From contig NC_082727.1 in assembly GCF_030144855.1 (NCBI RefSeq), forward strand, positions 41,850,001 to 41,914,000: DNA of 64,000 bases, written 5' to 3'. The DNA comes from Hypanus sabinus (Eukaryota). A program made the translations under genes and the position numbers. A model generated the notes under the pieces. The model was not told the origin of the DNA, did not search any database, and saw only the letters and a program-made list of their open reading frames with translations. Shown here piece by piece: positions 12,880-26,339 of this stretch (the first letter of the stretch is position 1; every line of letters begins with the position of its first letter).

Positions 12880-13900
12880 TGAAGGAGAAGTTATTCATTG
12901 TGAGAATTATTTCGGCCAAGTAAATAACTGTATCGGTGGAAGGGAAGTGTTTTGGCCTTTGTTTGGGGAAGAACTTGTGGGCCCCCAGACCTTTCTAGTG
13001 AGGAATGGCATTGAAGAGGGAATATACATATGCCCCGGTAACATTGATAGGGCATACTGAAAACTGGCGAAGGAATGGAAGACATCAGATATGTTATGGC
13101 TGTAAATGGAAGGGGTCTGGGCCAAGGGAGAAAGGATAGAGTGATGGTAGAAGAAGATGCATTCTTTGGGGCAAAATCCTGTTGAACCAATGAACTGTCC
13201 CCTGTAGATCTTGGGCAGAAGGAAGAAGTGGGTTGTGCAGGGCTTGGGAGACTATAAAGCTGGAGGCTATGAATGGAAGATCCAATGAGGAAATGAGATC
13301 TGTAACTGTTGGAGGCAATGATGGAATAATGGTCCGTAAGGATTTATGAGGAGGTGTCCGTGGTCTGAACTTTGACCTCCACCAGGTCACTTCGCACCGC
13401 ACTTGTGCTCATTTTATAGGAGTGACCCTAAGTTTCTAGTTGCTTGCCACTTTAATTTGTCACCCCACTCCCACTGTCATCTTTTCATCCATGGTCTCCT
13501 GCACTGTTACAGCAATTTCTAAGGCATGTTTGAGAAACACCACCTTATTTTCATTCTGGGTACATTGTGCCTTCTGGACTAAGTACAGAACTCTTCAACT
13601 TTAGGTAGCTCACTGAATGTTTCTGTTGGTATCAGGAATGACCTTTTGTGCATCTTATCAGGTCAGCTCAATTTTCCTACTCTATTCCTGCAAGTCTGAC
13701 CTGCTGGTTCACACTTGATACAGAAGTTCAAATTTCTGGGAAATACTCCCATGAACCTTTTCAGAGACAGTTCCTTTGCTTTACACACCCTCCCTTCATT
13801 CTGACAAAATGCCTCAGACCAGAGACATCAAAAAGTTCCACTGATGCTACTTGGCCTGCTGGGTGTTCCTGGAATTTTCTGTAGTTAGTTTGGATTTTCT
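12880..13900. mobile_element. Penelope-like fragments: RT region on minus (about 12880-13430) followed by GIY-YIG/pLTR on plus (about 13435-13900)
   Basis: PLE-type RT segments on the reverse strand; caccttattttc...aactttaggta GIY-YIG tail and pLTR motifs on plus. Confidence 0.6.
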
Positions 13901-15211
13901 TCAGCCAGATGAAGCTCAGTTTGTCAAACCACAACAACATCACCCTTGCTGACAAGTTTGGTGACAATATTGTGCTGCAGGTTCAGAAGGGGTAGATGAC
14001 AGTGAACAGAAGATGTGGAAGTATTGTAATAGTCAGTTCTGTGTCAATTAGCAATCAATATATTTAAGCAGAGTTTCGGATCCAGATGGAGCAGGAAATC
14101 TGGGTAACTGTAACACTTTATTCAGTGTTCTATTACTGTTCTATCTTGTACTGTAGTATGTATGAACAGCATGCAATCTAAGTTTTCATTGTACTTTGGT
14201 ACATGTTACAATAATAAAACTGATATACTGATTTATTATCACTGGCCCATAACTCATACTTCAATCACCAGTCTTCTGGGTGGTCCCAGAGTCAACTGAG
14301 ATGGCATTGCCTTGGCTGATATCATGGAATTATATAGGTAAACATGAGAAGCCCAGCCACAAAAATAGTACTGTTATGATTTTAAAGAAAAAACTGTAAA
14401 AAAAAACTAAAATATGTTGAAAATTTCCCAAACAACTACAGACACTCAGAAACACTGTAAGGTAATATAAAAAAATAAACAAATCCAAACTAGATTAAAA
14501 GGAAAAGATTTATTTTCCCTTTCAATTCTTCCACAGAGTGCTGCCATCTCTTCTGAAGTCAATGGTCTTGGAGAGCATCTCATTAAGACTCAATTCTACT
14601 GCTGGCATCAGGCAAACACCAAATGAGAAAAAGCCAGTGAAAATCAGTTAGAAAGTATTGGATTTCTATATTTGTACAGGGGTCCTGCAGCAAATTGTCA
14701 CTTATGCTGACAAATGCCTGCCTTTCTACGCAGACCTACAACACCAGACCGATGTAAGGTAACCTTATTAGCTAATATTTAGATCGTGCTCATTTTCTTC
14801 CCATGAGAGTATTGCCTTTCAGCTCCCAGAGAATAAATGAAAGACAATACTCTAATGGTGAAAATATATATCAACATAAATCAAGTCAAGCATCATATTT
14901 TATGTAGTGTAATGCTTATATAACATAAGCCTGCTTGCTTGAAATTAATGGTTGCATTTGCGAACTGTTCTAGTTGCCAATTAGTCCAGAAAAGTCTTCA
15001 AAAGTCAGAGATTGAATAGAGATTGGATGGTTTAACTAGCAAATAATAATTACTACATAAGCAACTGCTTCCAACAGGTGGTATATAACACAAGCTCTAA
15101 GCTACCAGAGAAGTTAACAATATTTCATTCAAAGACTTAATTTACATAATTTTCAAACTTGCTACTCAAGATTCAAGGGTCAACTTTATTTGCCATATAC
15201 ATTCACATGTA

Positions 15212-15934
15212 CAAGTTGAGCACCCTTCCTTTATCTAAAATTTCAAAATTCAGAAACCTCTGAAAACCGAAATTTCTTTGAGCGCTGTCACTATGTCACA
15301 AATGGAAAATTCCACAGGGCACTAGGAAGGTTCCCAGATGATGCGCAGATCTCTGCGCACCACGGACAGTTCTGAGAAGAGACTTCACATTTGTAATGAA
15401 CAGAATTTAATGAAAAATAGAAAAAAACTGCAAAAAGTGAAAAATGAAGATCTCGATTGTATATTGAAAGAGGAGAACCATTATCCTCGGAGCAAACATA
15501 TGCAACTTAATGGTATGTTGATCATGACATAAGTAAAGATCCATCACAATGAACTGAAAATTGAAGGTAATTGTTTCATGTACAGAATTATTAAAAATAA
15601 TATATAAAACTACCCCTCCCTGTTGGGCTGCTGCTTGAAACTGATGGCAGATATGAAGCCAATCACAGTGCTTGCATCTATTAATTGACGCATTCAGGGA
15701 TGGTCATTCAACTCTGACAGATCTCTGGAGGACCCAGTTCCATCACGCCAGACTCAGCCCCAACTGCAGACTGTTTACCCTGTGAGCATCACACCAGCTC
15801 TACACAAGCTGTAGATTTCATGTTTAGGATTGGGCCCCATCTGCAAGGTATCTCAATGCAGGCACTTCAAAATCCAAAAACTATTTTTGCTCCATTCTGG
15901 CTCCAAGCCTTTTGGATAAGGGATACTCAACTGG
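15212..15934 (+). mobile_element. Tigger/pogo-type non-autonomous element
   Basis: TIRs CAAGTTGAGCACCCT / GGATAAGGGATACTCAACTGG, TA flanks, CENP-B-type HTH remnant MKNRKKLQKVKNEDLDCILKE. Confidence 0.78.
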
Positions 15935-16630
15935 TATTCGGAATTTGCTGAGGTATGTTGGTCAAGGCTTGACATGCAACAAAAAAAAAACAATAACTTT
16001 CAACAATTATAAAGAACAGAGAATTATATAAAAAATGAAGTTAGAAGTACTGTACTGATTTCCTCCTTTTATTGTAAGAATGAATATGTTTCCCCTGTGT
16101 TATCTCCTTGTGAGGTGCATGAGGCTTTATGCTGACTGTCTAAGAAATATATGTTCTTTGGAGTTTAAATGAATGAGAAATGATCTTATGGAACCTTGTA
16201 AGTTCCTTAGGAGGGCAAAAGATTTGATGTTGAGAGGCTTCCACTAATGAGATACAATGGATAGACAGAATTACAAGGTTAGGAAGTGGTTATTAAAAAC
16301 TGAGCTGATTAAGAATTTCTTCTCTCAGAGGGTGGTGGGTCTCTGGAAATTTCTACTCTAGAGGGTTAGGTCACTGGGGGCATTTAAAAAGGAAATAGGC
16401 AAATTATTGAAAGCTCTGATAATCAAGGGCTACGATGAACCAACGTGGAAGAGGAGATGTGGAATGGGGCCTTGGATGGGCTCTTATTTTTTATGGTCTT
16501 ATGCAGAGCTGAACCTTGGCAACACAGCCATTAGTCAATGAGCAGTAGGGCAACACCTGAAGGCACAAGAACTGTATAATTTTATTGGCATCCTGATTAT
16601 GTGTTTGAAGCTGATTTGAAGGGCCCTGAA

Positions 16631-16710
16631 CAGGGGTTCCCAACCTTTCTTTGCCATGGAGTATTATCATTAACTATGGTGTCCATGCTTTTCAGTTTGG
16701 GAACCCCCTG
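16631..16710. mobile_element. 80-bp hAT (Buster/Charlie-type) MITE
   Basis: TIRs CAGGGGTTCCCAAC / TTTGGGAACCCCCTG. Confidence 0.7.
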
Positions 16711-16749
16711 GTCTAAAGTATTAACATTGTCCATTAAAGGAATTGCAAA

Positions 16750-19630
16750 AACCAAAACTAGAAGAAACATAGAAAACCAACAACGCAATACAGGCCCTTC
16801 GGCCCATGATGCTGTGCCGAACATGTCCTTACTTCAGAAGTAACCTAGGATTATCCATAGCCCTCTATTTTTCTAAGCTCCATGTGCCTATCCAAGAGTC
16901 TCTTAAAAGACCCTATTGTATCCACCTCCACCACCGTTGCCAGCAGCCCATTCCATGCACTCACCACTCTCTGTGTAGGAAACTCACCCTGACATCTCCT
17001 CTGTACCTACTTCCAAGCACCTCAAAACTGTGCCCGCTCATATTAGCCATTTCAGCCCTGGGAAAAAACCTCTGACTATCCACATGTTCAATGCCTCTCA
17101 TCACTTATGCACTTCTATCAGGTCACCTCCCATCTTCCATCGCTCCAAAGAGAAAAGGCCAAATTCACTCATCCTATTCTCATAAGACATGCTCCCCAAT
17201 CCCAGACAACATCCTTGTAAATTTCCTTTGCACCCTTTCTATAGTTTCCACATTCTTCCTGTAGTGAGATGACCAGAACTGAGCACAGTACTCCAAGTGG
17301 GGTGTGACCAGAGTCCTATATAGCTGTAACATTACCTTTTGACTATTGAACTCAATCCCACAGTTGATGAAAGCCAAATGCACCGTAATGCCTGCTTAAC
17401 CATACAATCAACCTGCACAGCAGCTTCGAGTGTCCTATGGACTCAGATCCCAAGATCCCTCTGATCCCCCACACTGCCAAGAGCCTTGCCATTAATACTA
17501 TATTCTGTCATCATATTTGACCTACCAAAATAAATCACTTCACACTTACCTGGGTTGAACTCCATCTGCCACTTCTCAGTCCAGTTTTGCATCCTATCAA
17601 TGTCCCACTGTAACCTTTGACAGCCCTCCACACTATCCACAACACCCCTAACCTTTGTGTCATCAATTTACTAGCCCATCCCTCCACTTCCTCATCCAGG
17701 TCATTTATAAAAATCACGAAAAGAAGGAATCTCAAAACAGCTCCTTGAGTTGCACCACTGGTGACCGACCTCCATGCAGAATATGACATGTCTACAATGA
17801 CTCTTTGCCTTCTGTGGGCAAGCAAATTTTGGATCCATAAAGCAAGGTCCCTTTGGATCCCATGCCTCCTTACTTTCTCAATAAGCCTGGCATGGGGTAC
17901 CTTATCAAATGCCTTGCTGAAATCCATATACAGTACATCTAGTGCTCTACCTTCATCAATGTGTTTAGTCATATCCTCAAAAAATTCAATCAGGCTCGTA
18001 AGACACGACCTGTCTTTAACAAAGCTATGCTGACTATTCCTAATCATAATATGTCTCTCCAAATGTTCATAAATCCTGCCTGTCAGGATCTTTTCTATCA
18101 ACCTACTGAAGTAATACTCACTGGTCTATAATTTCCTGGGCTATCTCTATTCACTTTCTTGAATAAGGGACCAACATCCTCAACCCTCTAATCCTCTGGA
18201 ACCTCCCCTGTCTCCATTGATGAATCAAAGATCATCGCAAGAGGATCAGCAATCTCCTCCCCACCTTCCACAGTAGCCTGGGGTACATCTCGTCCAGTCA
18301 CGGTGACTTATCCAACTTGATGCTGTCCAAAAGCTGCAGCACACCCTCTTTCTTAATATTTACATACTCAAGCTTTTCAGTCTACTGCGTCATAACTACA
18401 ACTGACAAGGTCCTTTTCTGTAGTGAATACTGAAGCAAAGTATTCATTAAGTACCTCTGCTATCTCCTTCGGTTCCATACACACTTTTCCACTGTCACAC
18501 TTGATTGGTCCTATTCTCTCACATCTTATCCTCTTGCTTTTTGCATACTTGTAGAATGCCTTTTCTTTTCTTCTTGACTAGATTTTCAACAGCCTTTGTA
18601 CACCATGGTTCTTCTACTTTACCATCCTTTCCCTGTCTCATTGGAATGTACCTATGCAGGACATCATGCAAATATCCCCTGAACATTTGCCACATTTCTG
18701 CCATACATTTCCCTAAGAATACCTGCTCCCAGTTTATACCTCCAAGTTCCTGCCTGATAGCATCATATTTCCCCTTACTCCAGTTAAAGATTTTCCTAAC
18801 TTGTCTGCTCCTACCCTTCTCCAGTGCTATGGTAAAGGAGAAAGAATTGTGATCACTATCTCCAAAATGCTCTCCCACTAAGAGACCTGACACCTGACCA
18901 GGTTCAGTCCTCAATACCAGATCAAGTACAGCCTCTCCTCTTGTAGGCTTATCTACGTATTGTGTAGGGAAACCTTCATGAACACACCTAACAAACTCCA
19001 CCCCATCTAAACCCCTTGCTGTAGGGAGATGGTGATCAATATTGGGGAAATTAAAAACTCCCATCGTGACAACCTTGTTATCATTGCACCCTTCAGAATC
19101 TGTCTCCCTATCTGCTCCTTGATGTCCCTGTTATTATTGAGTGGTCTGTTTAAAACCCCCAATGAAGTTATTGACAGCTTCCTGTTTCTAACTTCCACCC
19201 GCAGAAACTCAGTAAACAATTCCTCCATGACTTCCTCCTTTTCTGCAGCTGTGACACTATCTCTGATCAGCAATGCCATGCCCCCACCTCTTTTGCTTCC
19301 CTCCCTGTCCTTTCTGAAACATCTAAAGCCATTCTAAATAGCCATTCCTGCCCCTGAGTCATCCAAATCTCTGTAATGGCCGCAACATCATAGATCCAAG
19401 TCCTGATCCAAGCTCTAAACTCATCCACTTTGTTCATGATTCTCCTTGCATTAAAATAGACACATCTGAAACCATCAGTCTGAGCGCATCCCTTCCCTAT
19501 CATCTGCTTGTCCTCCCTCTCATACTGCCTACAAGCTTTCTCTATTTGTGAGCCAATCTCTCTTTCCTCTTTCACATCAATCCAGTTCCCACCCCCCAGG
19601 AATTCTAGTTTAAACTCTCCCCAATAGCCA
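16750..19630 (-). mobile_element. CR1 LINE, 5'-truncated, degraded ORF2 (APE plus RT) and ORF1 end
   Basis: ORFs 19007-19279, 18519-19064, 17535-18101 and 17180-17383 give APE (GVFNFPNID, GDSDHN) and RT ([13 protein letters not shown]) motifs; CR1 3' tail near 16760. Confidence 0.92.
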
Positions 19631-21640
19631 CTTCTTAACACTTTGCAGCATACCAATCTGACTTGTACATTCACACAGGTTATCAAAATCATCTTGTAAA
19701 ATTGTTGAGGAACTAGGATGTTTGGCATTGAATGGCAGATCTTGATTCAACAATCTATGTTAAATATTTAAATCATCCTGCTAAAATGTGAATCATAAAT
19801 CTATAACTGTGCAAATATATTCTGTTGTATTAAGAAGTCAATGTCAGCTCAAGTAGTTTCCAGAACATGCATAATAATAACTGCCAAAATAGGTTCAGTA
19901 TATGTGTGTTCCCATGGATCTCAGAAACAAGGAGCCAGATTTCTATTCTGTTACTCTTTATGTATTATTTGATTCATAGAAATGAACAATCTATTATTAT
20001 TCCCTTTATCATAAAGGTGGGGCTTAAATTAATCAGAACTGAACTTGCATCAGAGTCCTTGAAATTAGATCACGGTCACAATATAAAAGTTCTGAAATAG
20101 TCCCTTGATAAAAACATAAAAACTGAAAATGTTTGACCTTGGGCTGAGGTCATATCATAGTGAAACTGAACAAGGTAGTGGTGGTTTATTTGATTTGGCA
20201 GATGCTAACTTGTTTTCATTTCATTGCATTTTTAGTGGGACAATTCTGTTTGACCAACTGGTTTCTGTAGCTGCACATCCATTTGTTCATGCCCCAGTGA
20301 TGGTGATCATTATGAGCTGCTGCTCTGATGCCATTCCTGCCAAACTAGATGGTGGTGATTCAGTTATCCTTGTGTAATCTGGAATTGCTGCAGGAAGAAT
20401 CCCCTCCCCACCTACTAACAGGGATCCTTGGTGAATTATCCTCTTCCGGGTGCTTAGGATTTCAATTTGCTTGAGAAAATGATTAATTCATTGGAGTGTG
20501 AATATAAGCTACGCTGTTTGCTGTGGGAGGGCAGATATGGTATCTTCCAAATTCCACGCACAGGATCAGTAGAAGACCAACAAGTTTTGGGCAGATCAAA
20601 AGGCGACTTTCAACAAATTGAACAAGAATTTGACATTGGTCCCAGTGTGTGCACCTGAGAACAGCCTGTAGATCAGAGAGTCCTGTTATGCAGCTGCTTG
20701 GGATAAAGCGATTAAAGGATTCTTGCATGCTTCTCCATACCCTCTTAGCAGATCCACACTCTACAAAGAGGTGGATGACCATCTCTTCCCTACTGCAGCA
20801 ATCTTGAGGGTAACATGCTTTGTGCACAATATACCTTCTGTACAGGAAGGATCGGACTGTGAGAGCCCCTCTCACTTCCTGGTAAGTAAAGTTCTGGCCA
20901 GTTTTAGTGATAAGGGCATTCTGACAGATAGCTTGACAGTTTGATCGGGGAATCATTGCACAGTATCCATTGGTATCTTCTCCCACAGTACCTGAAGAAT
21001 GTTCCGTGCTGACCATTGCCTGAGGGATATTCTTCCAAGGAAAGGTATTTGTCTGGAAGAGCTCATCCATGAAGGATATTGACAGGATGTTACATGACAA
21101 CAGGCCCAGACCAATCCTCCATGATGCCAAGAACAGGTAGCCCCTGAGCAGATAGTTTGAATACTTTGTTACATACCTTGAATCCATGCCCAGCCTGATG
21201 TAGGCATGCACAAAGGTGAGCATCAGAATGAGGATATGGTTGAATAGACTTTTAATGCTATTCTCTGGGGATTTGTACATTGTAATCTGATGGACTCACT
21301 TCATCTTGACTCCTAGATGATCTAGAGGATGTCCTAGATACTTGATGAGGAGAAGGACCAGGGAACTACTCACCTGTGCTAAGTACAGTGACTCAGACAG
21401 CAGATCACAACTGATGACCATATTCTTCCCAGTTATTGACAGCGTCATTACCGCAGAACTAATTTTTGTTTAACTTTACCAATTTGCTCCAAGCAATTAA
21501 TTTTATATATCTCAGTCCCTCCAAACCAGATTCTCAGTACCTTCAGTTAGTCTGACTTGGTGGTTGCCAATTGGCCAGTTGCCAATGAGCATGGCCTTGC
21601 TCTTACTATGAATGTCTCTGGTCCCTGATGTTGATTAAAC

Positions 21641-21719
21641 CCGGGGTTTCCAACCTGGGGTCCAAGGACCCCTTGGTTAATGGTGATAGTCCATAGCATA
21701 AAAAAGGTTGGGAGCCATG
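21641..21719. mobile_element. About 80-bp hAT MITE, same family as 16631-16710 and 6613-6680
   Basis: CCGGGGTTTCCAAC...GGTTGGGAGCCATG termini; shared internal core (catggacccc...ttaa...ggtccat). Confidence 0.65.
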
Positions 21720-21801
21720 ATTTGAACAGCTTGCAGATGCTAACCAATCTGTGAACTGACTGTGGATCTGAGCAGAAGATGGAAACATCATCTATGTAGA
21801 G

Positions 21802-24660
21802 CAGTTGTTCCCAACCTTTTCTATGCCCCACACCCATAGGAAATGTTAGATTAATGTTTGCACCCCCCTACAAAAGTAATATCATATTTGAAGATGAAGA
21901 AGTCTAACTTCTAATTTTTGAACCACATACAATACTATGGGTGAACAAATTGAACTTAAAAAAATAAGCTTTTAATTCAGTGCATAAAATGCAAATATAA
22001 ATCGAGCAATTAGATTCTAATTTTTTCAGAAAAAAATGGAAACAGTAAAATCAATCCCAATTGTGAACATAAAATTCAATGACTTCTTCGCTCCTGCTTC
22101 CCATTCATGATTTTGTCAAAACATGGAACTTTCTTGCTGACTGTGATCTGCAGGTCTGCCTGTGGATTCAGGCGATTCCTAGATTTTGTCTTGATTGACG
22201 AAAGAGAACTGAATCCAGATTCACACAAGTATGTTATTGCAAATGGAATGAGGACACGGAGTGCTTTTCTACCATGTCTTGGGAACATATCCAGTACTGC
22301 ACACCAAAACTCCTCCAAAGTCTTGCTTTCAAATTGCATTTCAAGAGCTCGATTTGTCTGCAAATCAATAAGATCTTCCTTCAACTCTTCATCATCTGAC
22401 ATTTTCTCCAAATTGTAGGATTATGGATTCATGATCCACTCTTCTGAAACCTTCATGTCTCCAGCTGCAAAATATCCATCAAACAATTCTGACAGCATTT
22501 CCAAATGAGCCACAATTTCTTCACGCATAGTAGGAGTTATGGATCCAGCATCATCAACCATCTCTTCTAGTGAAGGAAAATCTGAGGTACTGCCTCTTTC
22601 CATCCTTCAACGTCAAAGACGTAACTTTTCTTTGAAGGCATTCAACATTTCACAAGCCTTCAATATGCTTATCCCTTTTCCTTGAAGAGAAACTCTCAGG
22701 TCATTCATACGAGTGAAAACGTCAGCTAAGTAAGCCAGCATTTGGGTGAATTCCAGTGATTCCATTGCCCCAACCAGATCACATTCATGCTCCTCCAAAA
22801 AACTTTGATTTCTTCCCGCAGTTCAAAGAAGCAGGTTAAAGCGTGTCCTTGTGACAAGCAACGGACTTCTGTGTGGAAAAGCAAAACTGAATGCTCACTT
22901 CCCAGATCCTCACAAAATGATTTGAAGATGCAATGGTTCAAAGCACACCCCCAGATCCAGTTGATGGTCTTCACACAAGTATTAAGGACTTTCTTCAAAT
23001 TTGGGATGCAATGTTTTTGATGACAAAGCATGCCGATGAAGAAAATAATGGGTAACTTGCAAGTCTGGAATCTCCTTTTTCATCGATGCAGAAAAGCCAG
23101 ATTTATTTCCAAGCATTGCAGGTGTCCCGTCAGTGCACACAGATCCAATGACTTTGATATCTAAATCATGTTTGGCAAAGAAGTCTTTCACCAGCTGCAT
23201 CACATTTTTTGGTGTTTGTTTTCAGATCTTTACAAAACAGGAAATCTTCCTTCACAGCACCATCATTGACATACCTCACTAATGTGATGAGTTGACTACA
23301 ACTGGAGACATCAGTTGACTCATCCAACTGAATAGAGATTTTAAGAGGACTAGCTCTGACATCTAAAATGACTTGGTTCAAAGTATCTTCACTCAAATCA
23401 CTGATTCGGTGGTGAATTACATTATTTGAAAGGGGCACCTGTTCAAATTTTTTTCTTGCTTCTTTGCCCAGGATAATTGTTGCCATTTCCAGTGCACATG
23501 GCTTAATGAGATCTTCCGCAATTGTATGGGGCTTCTTGGATTTGGCCACTTTATATATCCACTTGGTATGAAGCAAAAAGTAGTGGTTTTTCAACAGAAA
23601 CGAAACCTAATTATGGAAGAGTTCCTTGCGAATCAAAATGAGCTCTTTTGATTTTCAATGACTCAATATCATGTCCTTCAACATCAGCTCCACCATGCTT
23701 GTTCTTGAAGTACTCTTGAAGCTTGGATGGTTTCAGATTTGAGTTGGAAAACACAACGCTACAAAAAATGCACTGGGGTTTTTGCAAGCCATCATTTCTT
23801 GTTGTGTAAATGTGCAAAGCACACAAAGTCATCATTCCATTTCCTTATTTTTGACGTGATGAAGGGTTAAATGTAAAGAGAAAAATATGAGCTAATATGA
23901 GAAAAACTATCTGACTAAGTCAGGGATGACCGCTTTACTCAACCAGACATGCCTATAGCAAAATATCGCGAGAAATACGCTTTTGAATATTATATTATGA
24001 TATTATCTGCGGTTATGCCAAAATAAATCATCAGGTAGAAATGCTACGGAGATGCGACGTGACTTATTAGGCTACTCTCTACTGAATTTACACACCTATC
24101 TCTGATGATTACCGGAGATATGAACTCCCATTGCACGATTTAAAATTCTCGGTGCTAACCATGATTAACACAATCCAAAATTACCAACGATTCAACAAAG
24201 AAACCTTTTAAGAAGAAAAAACCTTTGAAAAGGTTTTTATTTTTATCAAAATACGGCTTTTAAAAGTTTTATAATTGAATAATTTACCTACAGTCTGTGG
24301 GTTTGGTTTTAATGCGAAGTCGTTACTCAATGGTTGATTTGGGATGTATAAAGATTTTGACATTATGAGATGATTTTTAACTCTGAGGTGTAACTTCCCA
24401 GGTAACACTGATGAGAATCCTCAATACTGACTCGGGCAGCGGGAGACAGGAGTGAGTTTACGTCTCTCTCGACTCGGGCAGCGGGAGACTGGAGTGTGCA
24501 TGGGACAAACGTTACTACCACTTCTCAAGGCACACTGGCAGCTGGCTGAGTGATGACTCGTGACTTGTCACTCAAGCACATAAGCCACTCTTTGTCGCAC
24601 CCCCTGAAATTCCATCTCGCACCCCCTGGGGGTGCGGGCACCCCAAGTTGGGAACCCCTG
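21802..24660 (-). mobile_element. hAT-Buster DNA transposon with frameshifted transposase (about 23850 to 22076)
   Basis: TIRs CAGTTGTTCCCAAC / GTTGGGAACCCCTG; perfect 8-bp TSD ATGTAGAG with central TA (21794-21801, 24661-24668); PQCIFCSVVFSNSNLKPSKL, IQLDESTD, VCTDGTPAM and TYLCESGFSSL motifs. Confidence 0.95.
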
Positions 24661-26339
24661 ATGTAGAGGGATGTTTTGACTTGAATGCCTCTGTTACTTA
24701 GCAATGTAAACCTACTTACTTTCTCATCCTTCCTGACAGAATCAGCTAAAGGTTCTATGCAGCAGACAGAGAAGACAAAGCCACAAGTACTTTCACCTTG
24801 TGCCTTTGTGGGCCAGAGCTGGTGATGTTAACAATGCCTGCTGGTGTCTGGCTGACAGCTGTAATGATGGCGTGACAGAAGCTCTGTACTCTATATGTTT
24901 TCTCCTTCACAGATCCTTACCCCTGCTCCTGAAACATTCCTCACATTCGTGAGATTTGTCATGAAGACTCCCCCATTTGAAGCATCTTCTGCAGTATGCA
25001 GAGTGGCAATATTGAAGAAAACACACTTTGGTCAATCTGTTCTTGGTCTTTTTTGTTCTTCAGCAGCCTAGGTCAATCCAGACGGGAGTTCATGGCTGTA
25101 TGAAAGAAGGGAAGGTAAGATAAACAGAGCAGACCATGAGATATTTGATTACACTCCACGCATCTTGGATATGAGAGGAGCTCTGGGATTAGCAGTGAGT
25201 GTGAAATAAGATGCACAAAATATGAGTACACCAACTCCTTCAATGAAATCTCCAATGATGTTGGTCACAGTCTCTGAGGTGATCATTCCATAGTCACCTA
25301 CACTCTTCTCCAGGCCACTGAGCAGATGAATAGGAATTTGTCCTGCCTTTAGTAAAGGCGATCTTGAGAAATGCAGGAAGGTTGAGCGGGTTGAGCCTAC
25401 ACTCTTTGGTAGTTGAGAGGTTATCTTGCTAAAATATAAGATTGAGGAGGTAACAGTGTGCTTTGAGATGACATTTCCTCTGACAGAGGAATCCAGAACC
25501 AGAGGTCATAATTTCAGACTAAGGTTGGAGATGCTGAGGAGTATATTCTCTCAAAAGACTGCTTATTTTTGGATTACTCTTCCCCAGAGAGCTGTGGATA
25601 ATGAGTTGTCAAGTATATTCATGGGTGATTCAAACAGATTTTACGTCGACAGGGAAGTTGTGGTTTACAAAGAAGAAAGTGGAATTTGGACAAAGGTCAG
25701 ATCAGTCTTGTTTAGTAAACTCAAATATCAATGTAGCCTCCTCCTGTACAATGTTTTTATATGTATATGAGAGCAGGGAATGTGTACCTTGCAAAGTGAA
25801 TGTGTAATGCTTCTGATGTGGTTGAATAACTAGCAGAATTGCCTAGCTACAGGCAAGCTGCTAGAGGGCTGGCAAGTAGATAATGTTGTTTCATTATTCA
25901 AGAAGGGAAAGAGGATTAACCCTAGAAACTATAGACTGCTGACTCTCACAACCCTGGCAGAGAAGTTACTGGTGAGGATTATTAGGGATGGGATTTATGA
26001 GCAATGGGAGAACCATGATCTAATTAGGGACAGTCAGCATTGTTTGTCTTTCTAATTTGATTGAGTGTTTTGAAAAAGTACTGAGGTGAAAGATGAAGGT
26101 AGAGCTGCAGATATTGTCTACACAGCCTTTAGTAAGGCATATGACAAGGTCCCTCATAGGAGGCCCATCCAGAGATTAAGATGCATGGAATCCATGGTAA
26201 ATTGACCAGCTGGATTCAGAATTGGCTTGCTCATAGAAAACAGTGGGTAATGGTCAATAGGAGTTATTCTGACTGGAGGATTTGACGAGTGATGTTCTAT
26301 CTGGAATCTGTCATGGGACCTCTGCAGTTGTGATATATA

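Larger units (their letters stand above)
20400..25340 (-). mobile_element. L1/Tx1-clade LINE, degraded, split by the Buster insertion (21802-24660) and a MITE (21641-21719)
   Basis: RT segments CCIEPLADSVRKD...QVKTSLY|IDDVSIFCSDPQSV join across the insertion; C-terminal zinc-binding motif (EMVIHLFVECGSAKRVW). Confidence 0.8.

Noticed and set aside
24430-24500. Duplicated gactcgggcagcgggagac motif
   Set aside because: Ordinary subterminal repeat inside the Buster element.
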